Shown here: one piece after another, positions 54,506 through 63,735 of the stretch
Position numbering within the stretch: the first letter of the stretch is position 1
Layout of the letters: each line of letters opens with the position of its first letter
From: a virus
DNA: 64,000 nt
IMG/VR virus record: IMGVR_UViG_3300030329_005540
Span: 21,676 to 85,675 of that record
Direction: 5' to 3' (one strand)
Program-made: the position numbers and the translations under genes
The notes under the pieces: generated by a model
What the model was told of the DNA's origin: nothing
What the model saw: only the letters and a program-made list of their open reading frames with translations
The model's database searches: none

Positions 54506-55086
54506 TGTCAGATGTAGTCATTTGCGAATACCCACTCGATTTCGACAAGATCGAGCCTGAAATGTTCTTGCCACCGATTTGGTCAAAGTTCGAATTTCAG
54601 ACTTCCTCTTTTAAAAACGATCTGTTTTGGGTTGACGAATACAATATTGAAGATGATGGAACAATATATAAAAAAGACGTAGAAAGAGAAATGGTTAAAA
54701 CCGAAGAGGGGTTTTCAGAAATAAAAGAATCTGACAAAGGCATTGAAAGGGTTGATTATACCGGCGAATTAAATTTATTTGGACTCCATTTAGAAAAAGA
54801 AAGCGACTTTGAGATAGAAATAAAATTACTTTATTATAAAGGAGAACTAAAAGAGGTTGTCTCTATTGACTCTAAAAAGGTCTGTAATAAACAGCGTAAA
54901 AAAGAAATCAAAAAATATAAAGAGTTTGCAGAGAGGGAAAAGTTCAAAAAAGAAAGCTGGTGGTATTCTTACGCCGAAATTTACAATCTCATAGTTAGCA
55001 TTCCGTTTTATATTATTAGATATTTATTTGGGCTGGCGGTAAAAATTTGTTGGAAGATAGAGAACTTAATAAGATTTAAATTATAA
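54502..55086 (+). CDS. Hypothetical phage protein with C-terminal hydrophobic segment
   Basis: CEYPL...FQT.S...Y.IE.DG...YTGE pattern. Confidence 0.55.
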   Translation: MMSDVVICEYPLDFDKIEPEMFLPPIWSKFEFQTSSFKNDLFWVDEYNIEDDGTIYKKDVEREMVKTEEGFSEIKESDKGIERVDYTGELNLFGLHLEKESDFEIEIKLLYYKGELKEVVSIDSKKVCNKQRKKEIKKYKEFAEREKFKKESWWYSYAEIYNLIVSIPFYIIRYLFGLAVKICWKIENLIRFKL

Positions 55087-55408
55087 TATTTCTCATTGAT
55101 TTAAGTTGTCCCAACAATAGTGGAGTATTTTCACAGCGTATGTAGTCAGTTTTAATTGTCAGCGGATAGTTCATTTCGGTATCGAGCCGAACACCTTCTA
55201 TTTTCCACCGTGGTTCCACAAAATCAACCACGAAGTCTGCCCAACCACGTTTTTTAAGAAATTTGTAGTAAATATCAATAGCTTCTTTTTCAGCCTCGAT
55301 CAAAGGCGTGTAATCCAACTCCTCTTTAGCCATCATAGTAATATATCTAAAAAATAGCCCCTCTGAAGGAGGATCAGAACTTAACTCCGACACTATTATC
55401 AGATTCAT
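55076..55408 (-). CDS. Hypothetical protein
   Basis: Preceded by GTGTAA (55418-55423), 9 nt before the ATG. Confidence 0.6.
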   Translation of the reverse strand: MNLIIVSELSSDPPSEGLFFRYITMMAKEELDYTPLIEAEKEAIDIYYKFLKKRGWADFVVDFVEPRWKIEGVRLDTEMNYPLTIKTDYIRCENTPLLLGQLKSMRNIII

Positions 55409-55448
55409 ACTTAATTATTACACTATTGGTTAAAAAATAAAATATTCT

Positions 55449-55477
55449 TTGCTCTTTTTAAAAAAAATCGGTATAAT
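55449..55477 (+). promoter_or_regulatory. Sigma70-type promoter TTGCTC-N17-TATAAT
   Basis: Heads the amino-acid metabolism cluster; ATG at 55485. Confidence 0.65.
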
Positions 55478-55484
55478 AAATTGT

Positions 55485-56057
55485 ATGAGGCTGGATCACA
55501 TTGCATATCGAGCAAAAGATAGATACAAGACAGCAAAGTTTTTTCAAGATTGTCTAGGGTATTCTATTGGTGTAGAATTTGATTTAAAATTCGATGATGG
55601 CAGCACAACAGATTGCCTCGCTTTAGTACCGCCTGAAACCCGCCATCCTGAAACTCATATGTGGAAATATAATATTTTAATGGGTGTTAATTATGCGGGG
55701 CCGGGAGACGAGTTAGACAATGTAAAATGCGAGTATCATGCCGCGCCAGAAATTTTTGTTAGCGATGGCGAGAAAGGTTCTATTGTAGGAGATTGGGTAG
55801 ATGAACGGGGAGGCGTAGGCGGAGTTCATCACATCGCTTATCAAGTAGATGATGTTGAGGCGGTTATGCATTCGTGGAAACAAATGGGCTACGCTGAGTT
55901 TTATTCTGACAAACCGTTAGAATGTCCCGGCCTTGTTCAAGTTTTTACCAAACCTTCGGAACTAACAGGGGTTATTTATGAACTTATTAAAAGAGATGGT
56001 AAAGGATTTTGTGAAGATAATGTCAAAGGACTTATGGAAAGCACGAGGAAACTATAA
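55485..56057 (+). CDS. VOC/HPPD-like 2-oxoacid dioxygenase
   Basis: RLDHIAYR, GGVHHIAYQVDDV, LVQVFT, YELIKR.GKGF...N.KGLMES (His/His/Glu triad). Confidence 0.7.
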   Translation: MRLDHIAYRAKDRYKTAKFFQDCLGYSIGVEFDLKFDDGSTTDCLALVPPETRHPETHMWKYNILMGVNYAGPGDELDNVKCEYHAAPEIFVSDGEKGSIVGDWVDERGGVGGVHHIAYQVDDVEAVMHSWKQMGYAEFYSDKPLECPGLVQVFTKPSELTGVIYELIKRDGKGFCEDNVKGLMESTRKL

Positions 56058-56058
56058 T

Positions 56059-57594
56059 ATGAGAGATTTTGAAGGAAGAAATTATATCGACGGTAAATGG
56101 GAGTGCCCAGCCGAAATGTACACCAAAATAAATCCTGCCACCGGCAAGGCGCAGGGAGCATTTCCGTCTTCGGATAAAGCTGTGGTTCGTAAGGCTCTTT
56201 TATGTGCAAGAAAAGCTTTTAAGAAATGGAGAAAAGTGAGTCGTTTTGTTCGCTCTGACTACATGAACAAAGTGGCTCAATTAATTGAGAGAGACAGGGA
56301 GAAACTAGCCACGGTTATTTCTTTAGAAACAGGCAAAACTTATAATGAAAGCATCGCAGAAGTCAACGAGGCTCTTCATATGGCCCAGTTTGCCTTCGGG
56401 TCGGGACGTTATTCTCATGGTGAAGCGGTTGCGTCTGAAATTCAAGATAAAGATTCTTACATGCTTCGTAAGCCTAAAGGTGTAATAGCTATTGTAACGC
56501 CTTTTAATTTCCCGTTGGCTATTGGCATGTTTTGGAATGCTGCGCCAGCGTTGGTAGAGGGAAACACAATTGTAATAAAACCAAGTGAAGACGCTCCGAT
56601 GTCAACTCAAATGGCTGTACAGCTTTATGCAGAAGCTGGCATCCCACGTGGCGTCATTAATTTGGTTCATGGCGATGGTGTCGCTGGTGACGCTTTGGTT
56701 CGTGGCGATTGTGATCATATTTGCTTCACTGGTAGTGCCGATGTCGGACAGCATATTCGTAAAGTGGCTGCTGAGTCTTGGCATAAAACTACCTCTTGTG
56801 AGTTAGGAAGTAAATCTGCTTGCATTATTTTCAATGACGTTGAAATGGATTTAGCGGTTGAAGCCGCTGTCGCCAGCGCATTCAAACTCTCCGGCCAGAG
56901 ATGTGTTTCTTCGGGGCGCATGATTGTGCAGAGAAGCATTGTTGACGAATTTGCTAGGCGATTCACGCAAGAAGCCGTTAAGCTCAAAACGGGTAATCCA
57001 TTTAAAAAAATTCCCTGCACTACTGGAATGCCCGAAGCTATCTGCTGGGATGAAATGGTTCCAGACGAGAGTGTTTACTATGGCCCAATTATTAACCAGC
57101 AAGGTTTTGCTAAAATAAGGAAATACAATAAGAACGTTTTTGATGATCCTCAAGCAGAGGTTCTTTTATCACCCGTGTACACAGGTGAGGGGAACAGCTA
57201 TTATAGCACTCCAATGGTTTACAAAACAGAGTGGAGAGGTGTCGAAGCGCCCTACCTCAGAGATGAGGTCTTTGGCCCCCATGTAGCAATTATTCCATTC
57301 GACACATTGGAAGATGCCATTCGTATCTATAACGATACTGAATACGGGCTTGCCGTTGGTGTTTTAACTAACGACTTCAGAAAAGCCAGAGTGCTGCGAG
57401 ACGAATGCGATGCCGGTATGATTTATTGGAATGGTGGTTCTATCGCTGCTGAATCACATCTCGCGTTTGGAGGAGTAAAGAAATCGGGCAACGGATTCCC
57501 TAGCGCCGCTAGGACATTCCGAGCCGTAACACACGAAATAAGTTGGACTGTAAATCATGCAGACAGACTGACTTTCCCACAGGGTATGAAATAA
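56059..57594 (+). CDS. Aldehyde dehydrogenase
   Basis: TPFNFP, KPSE, FTGS, ELGSK, SGQRC, EVFGP, FGGVKKSG. Confidence 0.95.
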   Translation: MRDFEGRNYIDGKWECPAEMYTKINPATGKAQGAFPSSDKAVVRKALLCARKAFKKWRKVSRFVRSDYMNKVAQLIERDREKLATVISLETGKTYNESIAEVNEALHMAQFAFGSGRYSHGEAVASEIQDKDSYMLRKPKGVIAIVTPFNFPLAIGMFWNAAPALVEGNTIVIKPSEDAPMSTQMAVQLYAEAGIPRGVINLVHGDGVAGDALVRGDCDHICFTGSADVGQHIRKVAAESWHKTTSCELGSKSACIIFNDVEMDLAVEAAVASAFKLSGQRCVSSGRMIVQRSIVDEFARRFTQEAVKLKTGNPFKKIPCTTGMPEAICWDEMVPDESVYYGPIINQQGFAKIRKYNKNVFDDPQAEVLLSPVYTGEGNSYYSTPMVYKTEWRGVEAPYLRDEVFGPHVAIIPFDTLEDAIRIYNDTEYGLAVGVLTNDFRKARVLRDECDAGMIYWNGGSIAAESHLAFGGVKKSGNGFPSAARTFRAVTHEISWTVNHADRLTFPQGMK

Positions 57595-57779
57595 TGAAAT
57601 ATTACTATACAGTAGAACAGCGAACTATGATGGGCTGGACGGAAGTGGCCGCTTTTACAGAAGAGTTCAACGCTCAGAAGCATGAAGCGGAGTTCAATGT
57701 CGGGTCGATGGTTAACCCTACTAGAATTCAGAAAAAAGAATTTTTAGATTACATGTATGAAGACGATTATAATGAATAA
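57594..57779 (+). CDS. Small hypothetical protein
   Basis: TAATG-coupled ORF MKYYYTVEQR... Confidence 0.5.
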   Translation: MKYYYTVEQRTMMGWTEVAAFTEEFNAQKHEAEFNVGSMVNPTRIQKKEFLDYMYEDDYNE

Positions 57780-58532
57780 ATGAATGATCATCCAGAAGCA
57801 TCACAGAATCAGGAATTTCATGAGTCGAAACAATTTGCAGCGGATAACCAGTTCGTTGTATTAGTTGACATAGATGAAACTGTTTGTTTTTACGGAGAAA
57901 AACGCCGTTACGATTTAGCCGAGCCAAATCATGAAAATATAGCTAAAATAAATAAGCTCTATGACGAAGGCTGGTATGTTATATATTGGACAGCGAGAGG
58001 AGGCTCAGAAAAGTCCAAGGCGGCGGGTAGATGTTATTATGATTTTACATGGAATCAATTAATATCATGGGGCTGTAAATTTCACGATTTGTCCACGGGT
58101 TCTAAAGGAAAATATATAAAGCCCGCTTGCGATCTAGTTATTGACGACAAGTCCAAAAGGATCGAGGAGGTGGGAGAAGCGGGCTGGCAAGATTTGGCTC
58201 CAGAAATCTGTCGTCAGAGAATGGTAGTCGAAGGCACTCTCCACAACGCTTTTGCTCCTGAAGATCAAATTAGATACTGCAAAGAAATCTCTAAAGTATT
58301 AGACATGACTCCGGTTTCAGAGCCTACAACGGATTTCGCTAAAGACTACGGGTGGTGTTGCTTCATGCATTGGAAAGAGTCAGGTATGCATATCTATAGC
58401 TGGGATCATAGAAGCCCCAAGTTTTTTTCAATTGATATTTATACTTGTAAATCATTTAAAGAAGAAGACGTAATTAGATATACGCGAGAATTTTTCAAAG
58501 AGAATTTAATAGAAGTGACTTGGAAGGACTAG
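57780..58532 (+). CDS. HAD phosphatase fused to AdoMet-decarboxylase-like domain
   Basis: VDIDET, WTARG, KP..DLVIDDK; then LDMT...WKESGMHIYSW...SIDIYTCK.F. Confidence 0.75.
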   Translation: MNDHPEASQNQEFHESKQFAADNQFVVLVDIDETVCFYGEKRRYDLAEPNHENIAKINKLYDEGWYVIYWTARGGSEKSKAAGRCYYDFTWNQLISWGCKFHDLSTGSKGKYIKPACDLVIDDKSKRIEEVGEAGWQDLAPEICRQRMVVEGTLHNAFAPEDQIRYCKEISKVLDMTPVSEPTTDFAKDYGWCCFMHWKESGMHIYSWDHRSPKFFSIDIYTCKSFKEEDVIRYTREFFKENLIEVTWKD

Positions 58533-58533
58533 A

Positions 58534-58704
58534 ATGAGAGACGCTAGAGATAATCAGATACAAGATTTATATGTTTTAATAAATACCATGCAGACGAATA
58601 TGCAGACTCTTTATTCTTATTTGCCTGAAGAGAAAAAGAAAGAAGTAGAAACCCCTAGTTATAAATGGTGCATGAATTGGAAACCCGGAGACGAAAGCAA
58701 ATAA
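58534..58704 (+). CDS. 56 aa hypothetical protein (below ORF-track cutoff)
   Basis: MRDARDNQIQDLY...WKPGDESK fills the gap. Confidence 0.45.
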   Translation: MRDARDNQIQDLYVLINTMQTNMQTLYSYLPEEKKKEVETPSYKWCMNWKPGDESK

Positions 58705-58711
58705 AGTTAGC

Positions 58712-59365
58712 ATGAAGTTGCTACAGTTACATAAAATAGACGAAAAATTTATGGAAGACGTAAAAGATTCGTTTAACAGACTGCCTGAAACAGATCATAA
58801 AGACGGCAAATATAGACTGCGTAGATATTCGGTTGTCGAATACAATCCTAACCTCGCGGTATTTAATTGTTTAACTGAAAACGATGTTAAAGTTCTTCCC
58901 CATAGAGATTTTTTACAAAGCGAGGATTTAAATGAACACCAAGGCGGGTTTACTCGATCTTTTGAAGATATAGAGCCTTCAGTTCTACAGAGTATAGGAA
59001 TGAAAGAAATTTTCTGGACGTTTTACAATGAAAATAATTTAAAAGAGTCGCAAGAGATAGAGATTCATCAGATGAGAGTAGTTACTCAAGAGGACGGCAC
59101 GGCGCAAGTGGCTCCCGAAGGAGTTCACCAAGACGGGTTCGATCACATAGCCATGATTGGAGTGAATAGGCATAATATAAGCGGTGGAGAATTGATGGTT
59201 TATAAAAATAAAGACGAGAAACAGTTCGTCTCTTATGCTCTCAAATCTGGAGAGATTATAATGTTAAAAGACAACGTGGTTTGGCATAACGCTAAATCAA
59301 TATCAAATATTAATAAAAACGAAATAGGATGGGGGGATTGGTTCGTTCTGTGCGCCAATGAATAA
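58712..59365 (+). CDS. 2OG-Fe(II) dioxygenase (2OG-Fe_Oxy_2/BsmA/IDO-like)
   Basis: YRLRRYS, GG..R.F, IHQMRV, PEGVHQDG, RHNISGG, WH. Confidence 0.85.
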   Translation: MKLLQLHKIDEKFMEDVKDSFNRLPETDHKDGKYRLRRYSVVEYNPNLAVFNCLTENDVKVLPHRDFLQSEDLNEHQGGFTRSFEDIEPSVLQSIGMKEIFWTFYNENNLKESQEIEIHQMRVVTQEDGTAQVAPEGVHQDGFDHIAMIGVNRHNISGGELMVYKNKDEKQFVSYALKSGEIIMLKDNVVWHNAKSISNINKNEIGWGDWFVLCANE

Positions 59366-59368
59366 ATT

Positions 59369-60475
59369 ATGAAAGCATTAGTTTTAGGAGTAGGTAGGAT
59401 GGGAACTGCTATCGCTTATGCGATGGATCAATTTGGGTTTGAAGTCACTGGCATGGACGCTAATCCAGACGCGGCAAATAATATGCCATCTGGAGGTAAA
59501 TTTTTTGTTGTAGATGATGATCTGAGAGTGTCAATGGTAACACAGGTACAAGCAAAGCCTGATATTGTTATCAGCAGTTTGCCTTATCACCAAACACAGG
59601 TTGTCGGAAAGTGGTGTGCTGATAATGAGGTGCGCTATTGCGATTTAGGTGGTCGAGTTGATGTCTCACAAAATATAAATACTCACGCAAAAGAGAAAGC
59701 TAAGAAACCTATATTCACAGATTTGGGTTTAGCCCCCGGTTGGGTTAATATATTAGCTGAAGAAGGATGTAGGCAGCTACATCATAAAATCGAAAACGTA
59801 AAGATGATGGTGGGAGGTCTGCCAGCTATACCTAGCAACCCGCCCCTGAACTACGCAATAACATGGTCTGTTGATGGTCTTATTAATGAGTATAGAGACG
59901 ATTGCTTGACTCTAGAGAATGGGGAAGTGAAAACAGTTAAAGGAATGGATGGTCTTGAGAAGGTTGACTTTAGCTTTTTAGAGGGAGAAGAGTTAGAAGC
60001 GTTTTATACAAGCGGTGGCGCATCTCATACAATAGAAGCCATGAAGGCGCGAGGGGTTGAAAATTGTAGTTATAAGACTATTCGTTATAAAGGACACAGA
60101 GATGTTATTAGATTTTTAATTCGTAATGCAAATTTAGAAGAGGAGTGCTTGAGAAGCATTTTCGAGACAGGGTGTACTATTGAAGACCCTCGCTTGCAGG
60201 GGGATATAGTTTTAATAAAGGCCATAGTCAAGGGCGAAAATACCACTTGGGAAAAAGATGTTATCGTTGGTTTCGATCAACAATTTAGTGCGATGCAGAA
60301 AGCAACGGCCTTTTCTATCTCCAGCGTAGCTAAAATGATGGCCGAAGGATTTTTTGACGATAGAGTAGAGCAAAACAGGGGCGGGGATGTTAGACTTCCA
60401 GTGGTTCTCAATTATAGAGATGTTCCTTATGACGAGTTTACTAAAAATCTTGGATTATTAGGAATTAGTGCTTGA
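59369..60475 (+). CDS. Saccharopine dehydrogenase/lysine 6-dehydrogenase-like oxidoreductase
   Basis: LGVGRMG, YCDLGG, GLAPG, VGGLP, YAITWSVDGLINEY, EAFYTSGG, YKTIRY.GH. Confidence 0.85.
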   Translation: MKALVLGVGRMGTAIAYAMDQFGFEVTGMDANPDAANNMPSGGKFFVVDDDLRVSMVTQVQAKPDIVISSLPYHQTQVVGKWCADNEVRYCDLGGRVDVSQNINTHAKEKAKKPIFTDLGLAPGWVNILAEEGCRQLHHKIENVKMMVGGLPAIPSNPPLNYAITWSVDGLINEYRDDCLTLENGEVKTVKGMDGLEKVDFSFLEGEELEAFYTSGGASHTIEAMKARGVENCSYKTIRYKGHRDVIRFLIRNANLEEECLRSIFETGCTIEDPRLQGDIVLIKAIVKGENTTWEKDVIVGFDQQFSAMQKATAFSISSVAKMMAEGFFDDRVEQNRGGDVRLPVVLNYRDVPYDEFTKNLGLLGISA

Positions 60476-60500
60476 CAAATAATAAAGCGTTTGTAATAAT
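60472..60500 (+). promoter_or_regulatory. Class 1 promoter TTGACA-aataaTAAAGCgtttgt-AATAAT
   Basis: Fixed TAAAGC; upstream of guaC. Confidence 0.7.
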
Positions 60501-60508
60501 TAATTCAA

Positions 60509-61627
60509 ATGCGAATAGAGTCAGAAATTAAACTCGATTACAAAGATGTTTTATTTCGCCCCAAACGATCTACGCTGACTTCTCGAAGCGAAGTAGGCTT
60601 AATGCGTGAGTTTACGTTCCCAAACGTAGAGACAGCTACTTGGAAAGGGGTTCCAATCGCTGCCGCAAACATGGACACGGTTGGGACTTTTGAAATGGCA
60701 AAAGCTCTTGCCCAACATCATATGCTTACTTGCATGAGTAAACATTTTGATTTAAAAAAGTGGCTTCATAAAATGAATGGTTATGGAGTTTATAAGTCTC
60801 CAGAGCAAAGAGAAGGCGGGGTTTGGGAACACAACCCAGATTCAAGATGTTCACACAATAGAATTTATGAACACATGGCTGTATCTTGCGGCATAAAAGA
60901 TGAAGATTTGGATTATTTAGATATGATATTACGCCAGTTTTACTGGCTTAAATTTATTTGTATTGACGCAGCTAACGGCTATACTGCTAAGTTTTGCGAT
61001 TTTGTAAAAAGAGTTAGAGGCCAATACCCCAATCATATTATAATAGCTGGTAATGTTGTTTCGGGAGAAATGACCGAGGAGATTATATTGAGTGGAGCAG
61101 ATATTGTCAAAGTTGGTATTGGTGGCGGGAGCGTCTGCACTACTCGCATACAAACTGGTGTCGGCTACCCCCAACTCTCAGCAGTTATCGAGTGTGCGGA
61201 TGCGGCTCACGGTCTTAACGGTCATATTATGGCTGACGGCGGTTGTGTCTGCGCTGGTGATATTGCCAAAGCTTTTGGCGGCGGGGCTGATTTTGTTATG
61301 CTCGGCGGTATGCTGGCGGGACATACTGAATCTGCTGGACAAGAAGAAGAAGTAGAAGGCGTTAAATATAAGACTTTTTACGGCATGAGTTCTGATACGG
61401 CTATGAAGAAGCACCACGGTGGCGTGGCAAGCTATCGTTCTTCAGAGGGAAAGACGATAAGAGTAAAACATCGTGGACTTGTTAAAAATACCGTAGAAGA
61501 CATTTTAGGAGGAGTGCGCTCTACCTGTACTTATATCGGTGCGAGGCAAATAAAAGACATGCCGAAGTGCGCCACATTCGTCAGAGTTACGCAGCAATCA
61601 AATGAGATTTTTGGCAAAAATGTCTAA
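60509..61627 (+). CDS. guaC: GMP reductase
   Basis: [55 protein letters not shown]. Confidence 0.95.
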   Translation: MRIESEIKLDYKDVLFRPKRSTLTSRSEVGLMREFTFPNVETATWKGVPIAAANMDTVGTFEMAKALAQHHMLTCMSKHFDLKKWLHKMNGYGVYKSPEQREGGVWEHNPDSRCSHNRIYEHMAVSCGIKDEDLDYLDMILRQFYWLKFICIDAANGYTAKFCDFVKRVRGQYPNHIIIAGNVVSGEMTEEIILSGADIVKVGIGGGSVCTTRIQTGVGYPQLSAVIECADAAHGLNGHIMADGGCVCAGDIAKAFGGGADFVMLGGMLAGHTESAGQEEEVEGVKYKTFYGMSSDTAMKKHHGGVASYRSSEGKTIRVKHRGLVKNTVEDILGGVRSTCTYIGARQIKDMPKCATFVRVTQQSNEIFGKNV

Positions 61628-61850
61628 AATACAAAAGATAATCATTGAAAATCATGTAGAAGATATTTCAATTTGCGAAGCACTTGATTACTGTCAAGCG
61701 GTATTGGCCGAGGGCAAGACTGTTAAAGGCAAAAACGGAGAATTGAAATACCCTGACGCAGAATTTCGTTTAGACGGAATATCCCTTGATGTAAAAAAAG
61801 ACGAAAATGTAGATAAATTAGTGGTTTATCGTAGCGTTAAATATAATTAA
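61620..61850 (+). CDS. Small hypothetical protein
   Basis: ATG at 61620 overlapping the guaC end. Confidence 0.5.
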   Translation: MSKIQKIIIENHVEDISICEALDYCQAVLAEGKTVKGKNGELKYPDAEFRLDGISLDVKKDENVDKLVVYRSVKYN

Positions 61851-61853
61851 AAT

Positions 61854-62366
61854 ATGATATACACACTATATGGTCAGCCAGCGTCAGGAAAGACCACTTT
61901 AGGGCGCATATTAGCGGATTACCTTAATACCCCTTTCGTTATTGATGGAGATGAATTCCGAGAGATGTTTACTAATAAAAATTATGGTAGACAGGGCCGA
62001 GAAGAAAATATTAGAAACGCCAACGCAGTAGCGACTTATTTAAATAAAAAAGGAGAACGCGACGATTGGGCGGCGATTTATTGCAAAGATAAAAGCGGTA
62101 ACAGTATTCAAGGTCGCCCAGTTGGGAGTGGCACAGATGTGGTGATGTGCTTAGTAAATCCTTACGAGCATTTAAGAAAAGAACTCAAAAATAACAATCA
62201 AGATAAAGTCATGGAAATATATTTAAAGTCTACTAGAGAGTTGAGAAAAGATTATCATGTAGAAGATTTTGAAATAGGAAGCCCTGACCACATGATTTTA
62301 ACGGATGGAGAATTGGATAATACTTGGGCAGAGCTATGGGCTTGCGTAGAGAAAGAAGAATTATGA
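61854..62366 (+). CDS. cysC: Adenylylsulfate kinase-like
   Basis: GQPASGKTT, IDGDEFR, Y...GREENI, LVNPY..LR. Confidence 0.75.
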   Translation: MIYTLYGQPASGKTTLGRILADYLNTPFVIDGDEFREMFTNKNYGRQGREENIRNANAVATYLNKKGERDDWAAIYCKDKSGNSIQGRPVGSGTDVVMCLVNPYEHLRKELKNNNQDKVMEIYLKSTRELRKDYHVEDFEIGSPDHMILTDGELDNTWAELWACVEKEEL

Positions 62367-62845
62367 CAACTTTTACAAAATGGTTTCTATTAAACGCCGT
62401 AATGTTTACTGCGATTTATTTCGCTGAAACCAAAGGGGCAATTTCATTAATGGTTAAAAATGACGTTAGCTATTTGACTATAGTTATTATGACTTTATAT
62501 GTAGTCATTTCGGTAATGGTCGGAAGGCTATGTTATTTATGTGATAAAATTTCAAAGGACTCAAAAAAAGCAAAAAAAGAAAAAACATATTTATCGAAAC
62601 GCGCCGAAGTAGGCTGGTTCGCTGCCGAACATTTTTTCTCTTTGGGCCTTTTGGGTACAGTTTTTGGACTATGCGTTGCCACGGCTACTAATTTAAACGC
62701 CGAAGCACAAGTTAGCGACATCGTGTCTGGCCTGAAAGAAGGTTTACACACAGCGTTCTATACGACTATTTGCGGTATTGTATTTAGTTTGCCTTTACAG
62801 GCTCAATTGATGATTTTGAGATTTAAAGTAGAGGATAATCAATAA
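62363..62845 (+). CDS. MotA/TolQ/ExbB proton-channel family protein
   Basis: LGLLGTVFGL and GLHTAFYTTICGI TM helices. Confidence 0.85.
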   Translation: MTTFTKWFLLNAVMFTAIYFAETKGAISLMVKNDVSYLTIVIMTLYVVISVMVGRLCYLCDKISKDSKKAKKEKTYLSKRAEVGWFAAEHFFSLGLLGTVFGLCVATATNLNAEAQVSDIVSGLKEGLHTAFYTTICGIVFSLPLQAQLMILRFKVEDNQ

Positions 62846-62862
62846 AAAAGAAGTAACTGCGA

Positions 62863-63471
62863 GTGAATATTAATAGAGGCTATAAAAAGTTTTTTTCTTT
62901 TAGACCATTCATCGACGTACTGTTTTGCTGTTTGTTGATGTTGGTTGCTATTTTATTTCTTTTAAAAAGCTCCGAAGAAAAAACAAAGATGCGTCCCCCC
63001 AATGTTTTGTATGAGGTTATATTGACTTGGGACGGAAACAGTGAAGATGATTTAGACATCTACGTTCAATCAGCGTCAGGACACGTTGTAAGTTTCAATA
63101 ATAGAGAAGGCGGCGAAGGAAGCTTGGTCAGCTTAAATCATGATGCGCTTGGCAAATCTCGAAATAATAGTTTAAATGTGGACGCTGAAGGAAAGGTGGT
63201 TGGATTTAACGAGGAGATAGTGGCCTTTCGAGGAGTCGTAGAGGGGGAGAACATTGTTAATGTCCATGTCTATTCCAAAAAAGATCAAGAGCCTATCGAG
63301 GCGACAATTATTCTCATAAAAGTTAAGCCTTACAAAGAAATAGTTTCAAAGAAAAGAGTTTTCGCGGCCACGGGTGAAGAAAAGACCGCATTTCGCTTTA
63401 AGACGGATAAAAATGGAGAAGTCGTAGAAGTTAATGAACTTCCAGCGAGTTTACTTAATCCTCTTGAATAG
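62863..63471 (+). CDS. ExbD/MotB-like partner with periplasmic beta domain
   Basis: PFIDVLF TM with conserved Asp; VILTWD....DLDIYV (YfaP/DUF2135-like). Confidence 0.65.
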   Translation: MNINRGYKKFFSFRPFIDVLFCCLLMLVAILFLLKSSEEKTKMRPPNVLYEVILTWDGNSEDDLDIYVQSASGHVVSFNNREGGEGSLVSLNHDALGKSRNNSLNVDAEGKVVGFNEEIVAFRGVVEGENIVNVHVYSKKDQEPIEATIILIKVKPYKEIVSKKRVFAATGEEKTAFRFKTDKNGEVVEVNELPASLLNPLE

Positions 63472-63473
63472 TT

Positions 63474-63731
63474 ATGAAAAAAATAATCTTAATATTGTTA
63501 GCGGGCTTGATGCTCGGCTGTAAAATTCACAACGCCCCCAACGGTAGATATTTCCCATTGGGATGGGGAGAACCACCCCAGATTCAAACTAAAGACTATG
63601 TTCTTTTACCAAATGGATACGGACATGGCAGCAGCACTCTCAAGCATTGGATTGAACTGAATATAGAAAGAGATAAAATAAACATGAAACTCAAAAAATT
63701 TCAAATCCCCTTGAGCCAAATTGCTGATTAA
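63474..63731 (+). CDS. Putative lipoprotein
   Basis: MKKIILILLAGLMLG-C lipobox. Confidence 0.6.
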   Translation: MKKIILILLAGLMLGCKIHNAPNGRYFPLGWGEPPQIQTKDYVLLPNGYGHGSSTLKHWIELNIERDKINMKLKKFQIPLSQIAD

Positions 63732-63735
63732 ACAA

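Noticed and set aside
832-62751. Many 60-150 aa ORFs nested in or antisense to larger genes (e.g. 2998-3351, 15883-16335, 27161-27613, 51440-51817)
   Set aside because: They overlap well-supported genes and show no recognisable motifs or promoters.
62363-63471. Zorya defence system
   Set aside because: No long ZorA tail, no OmpA domain on the partner and no zorC/D/E visible.
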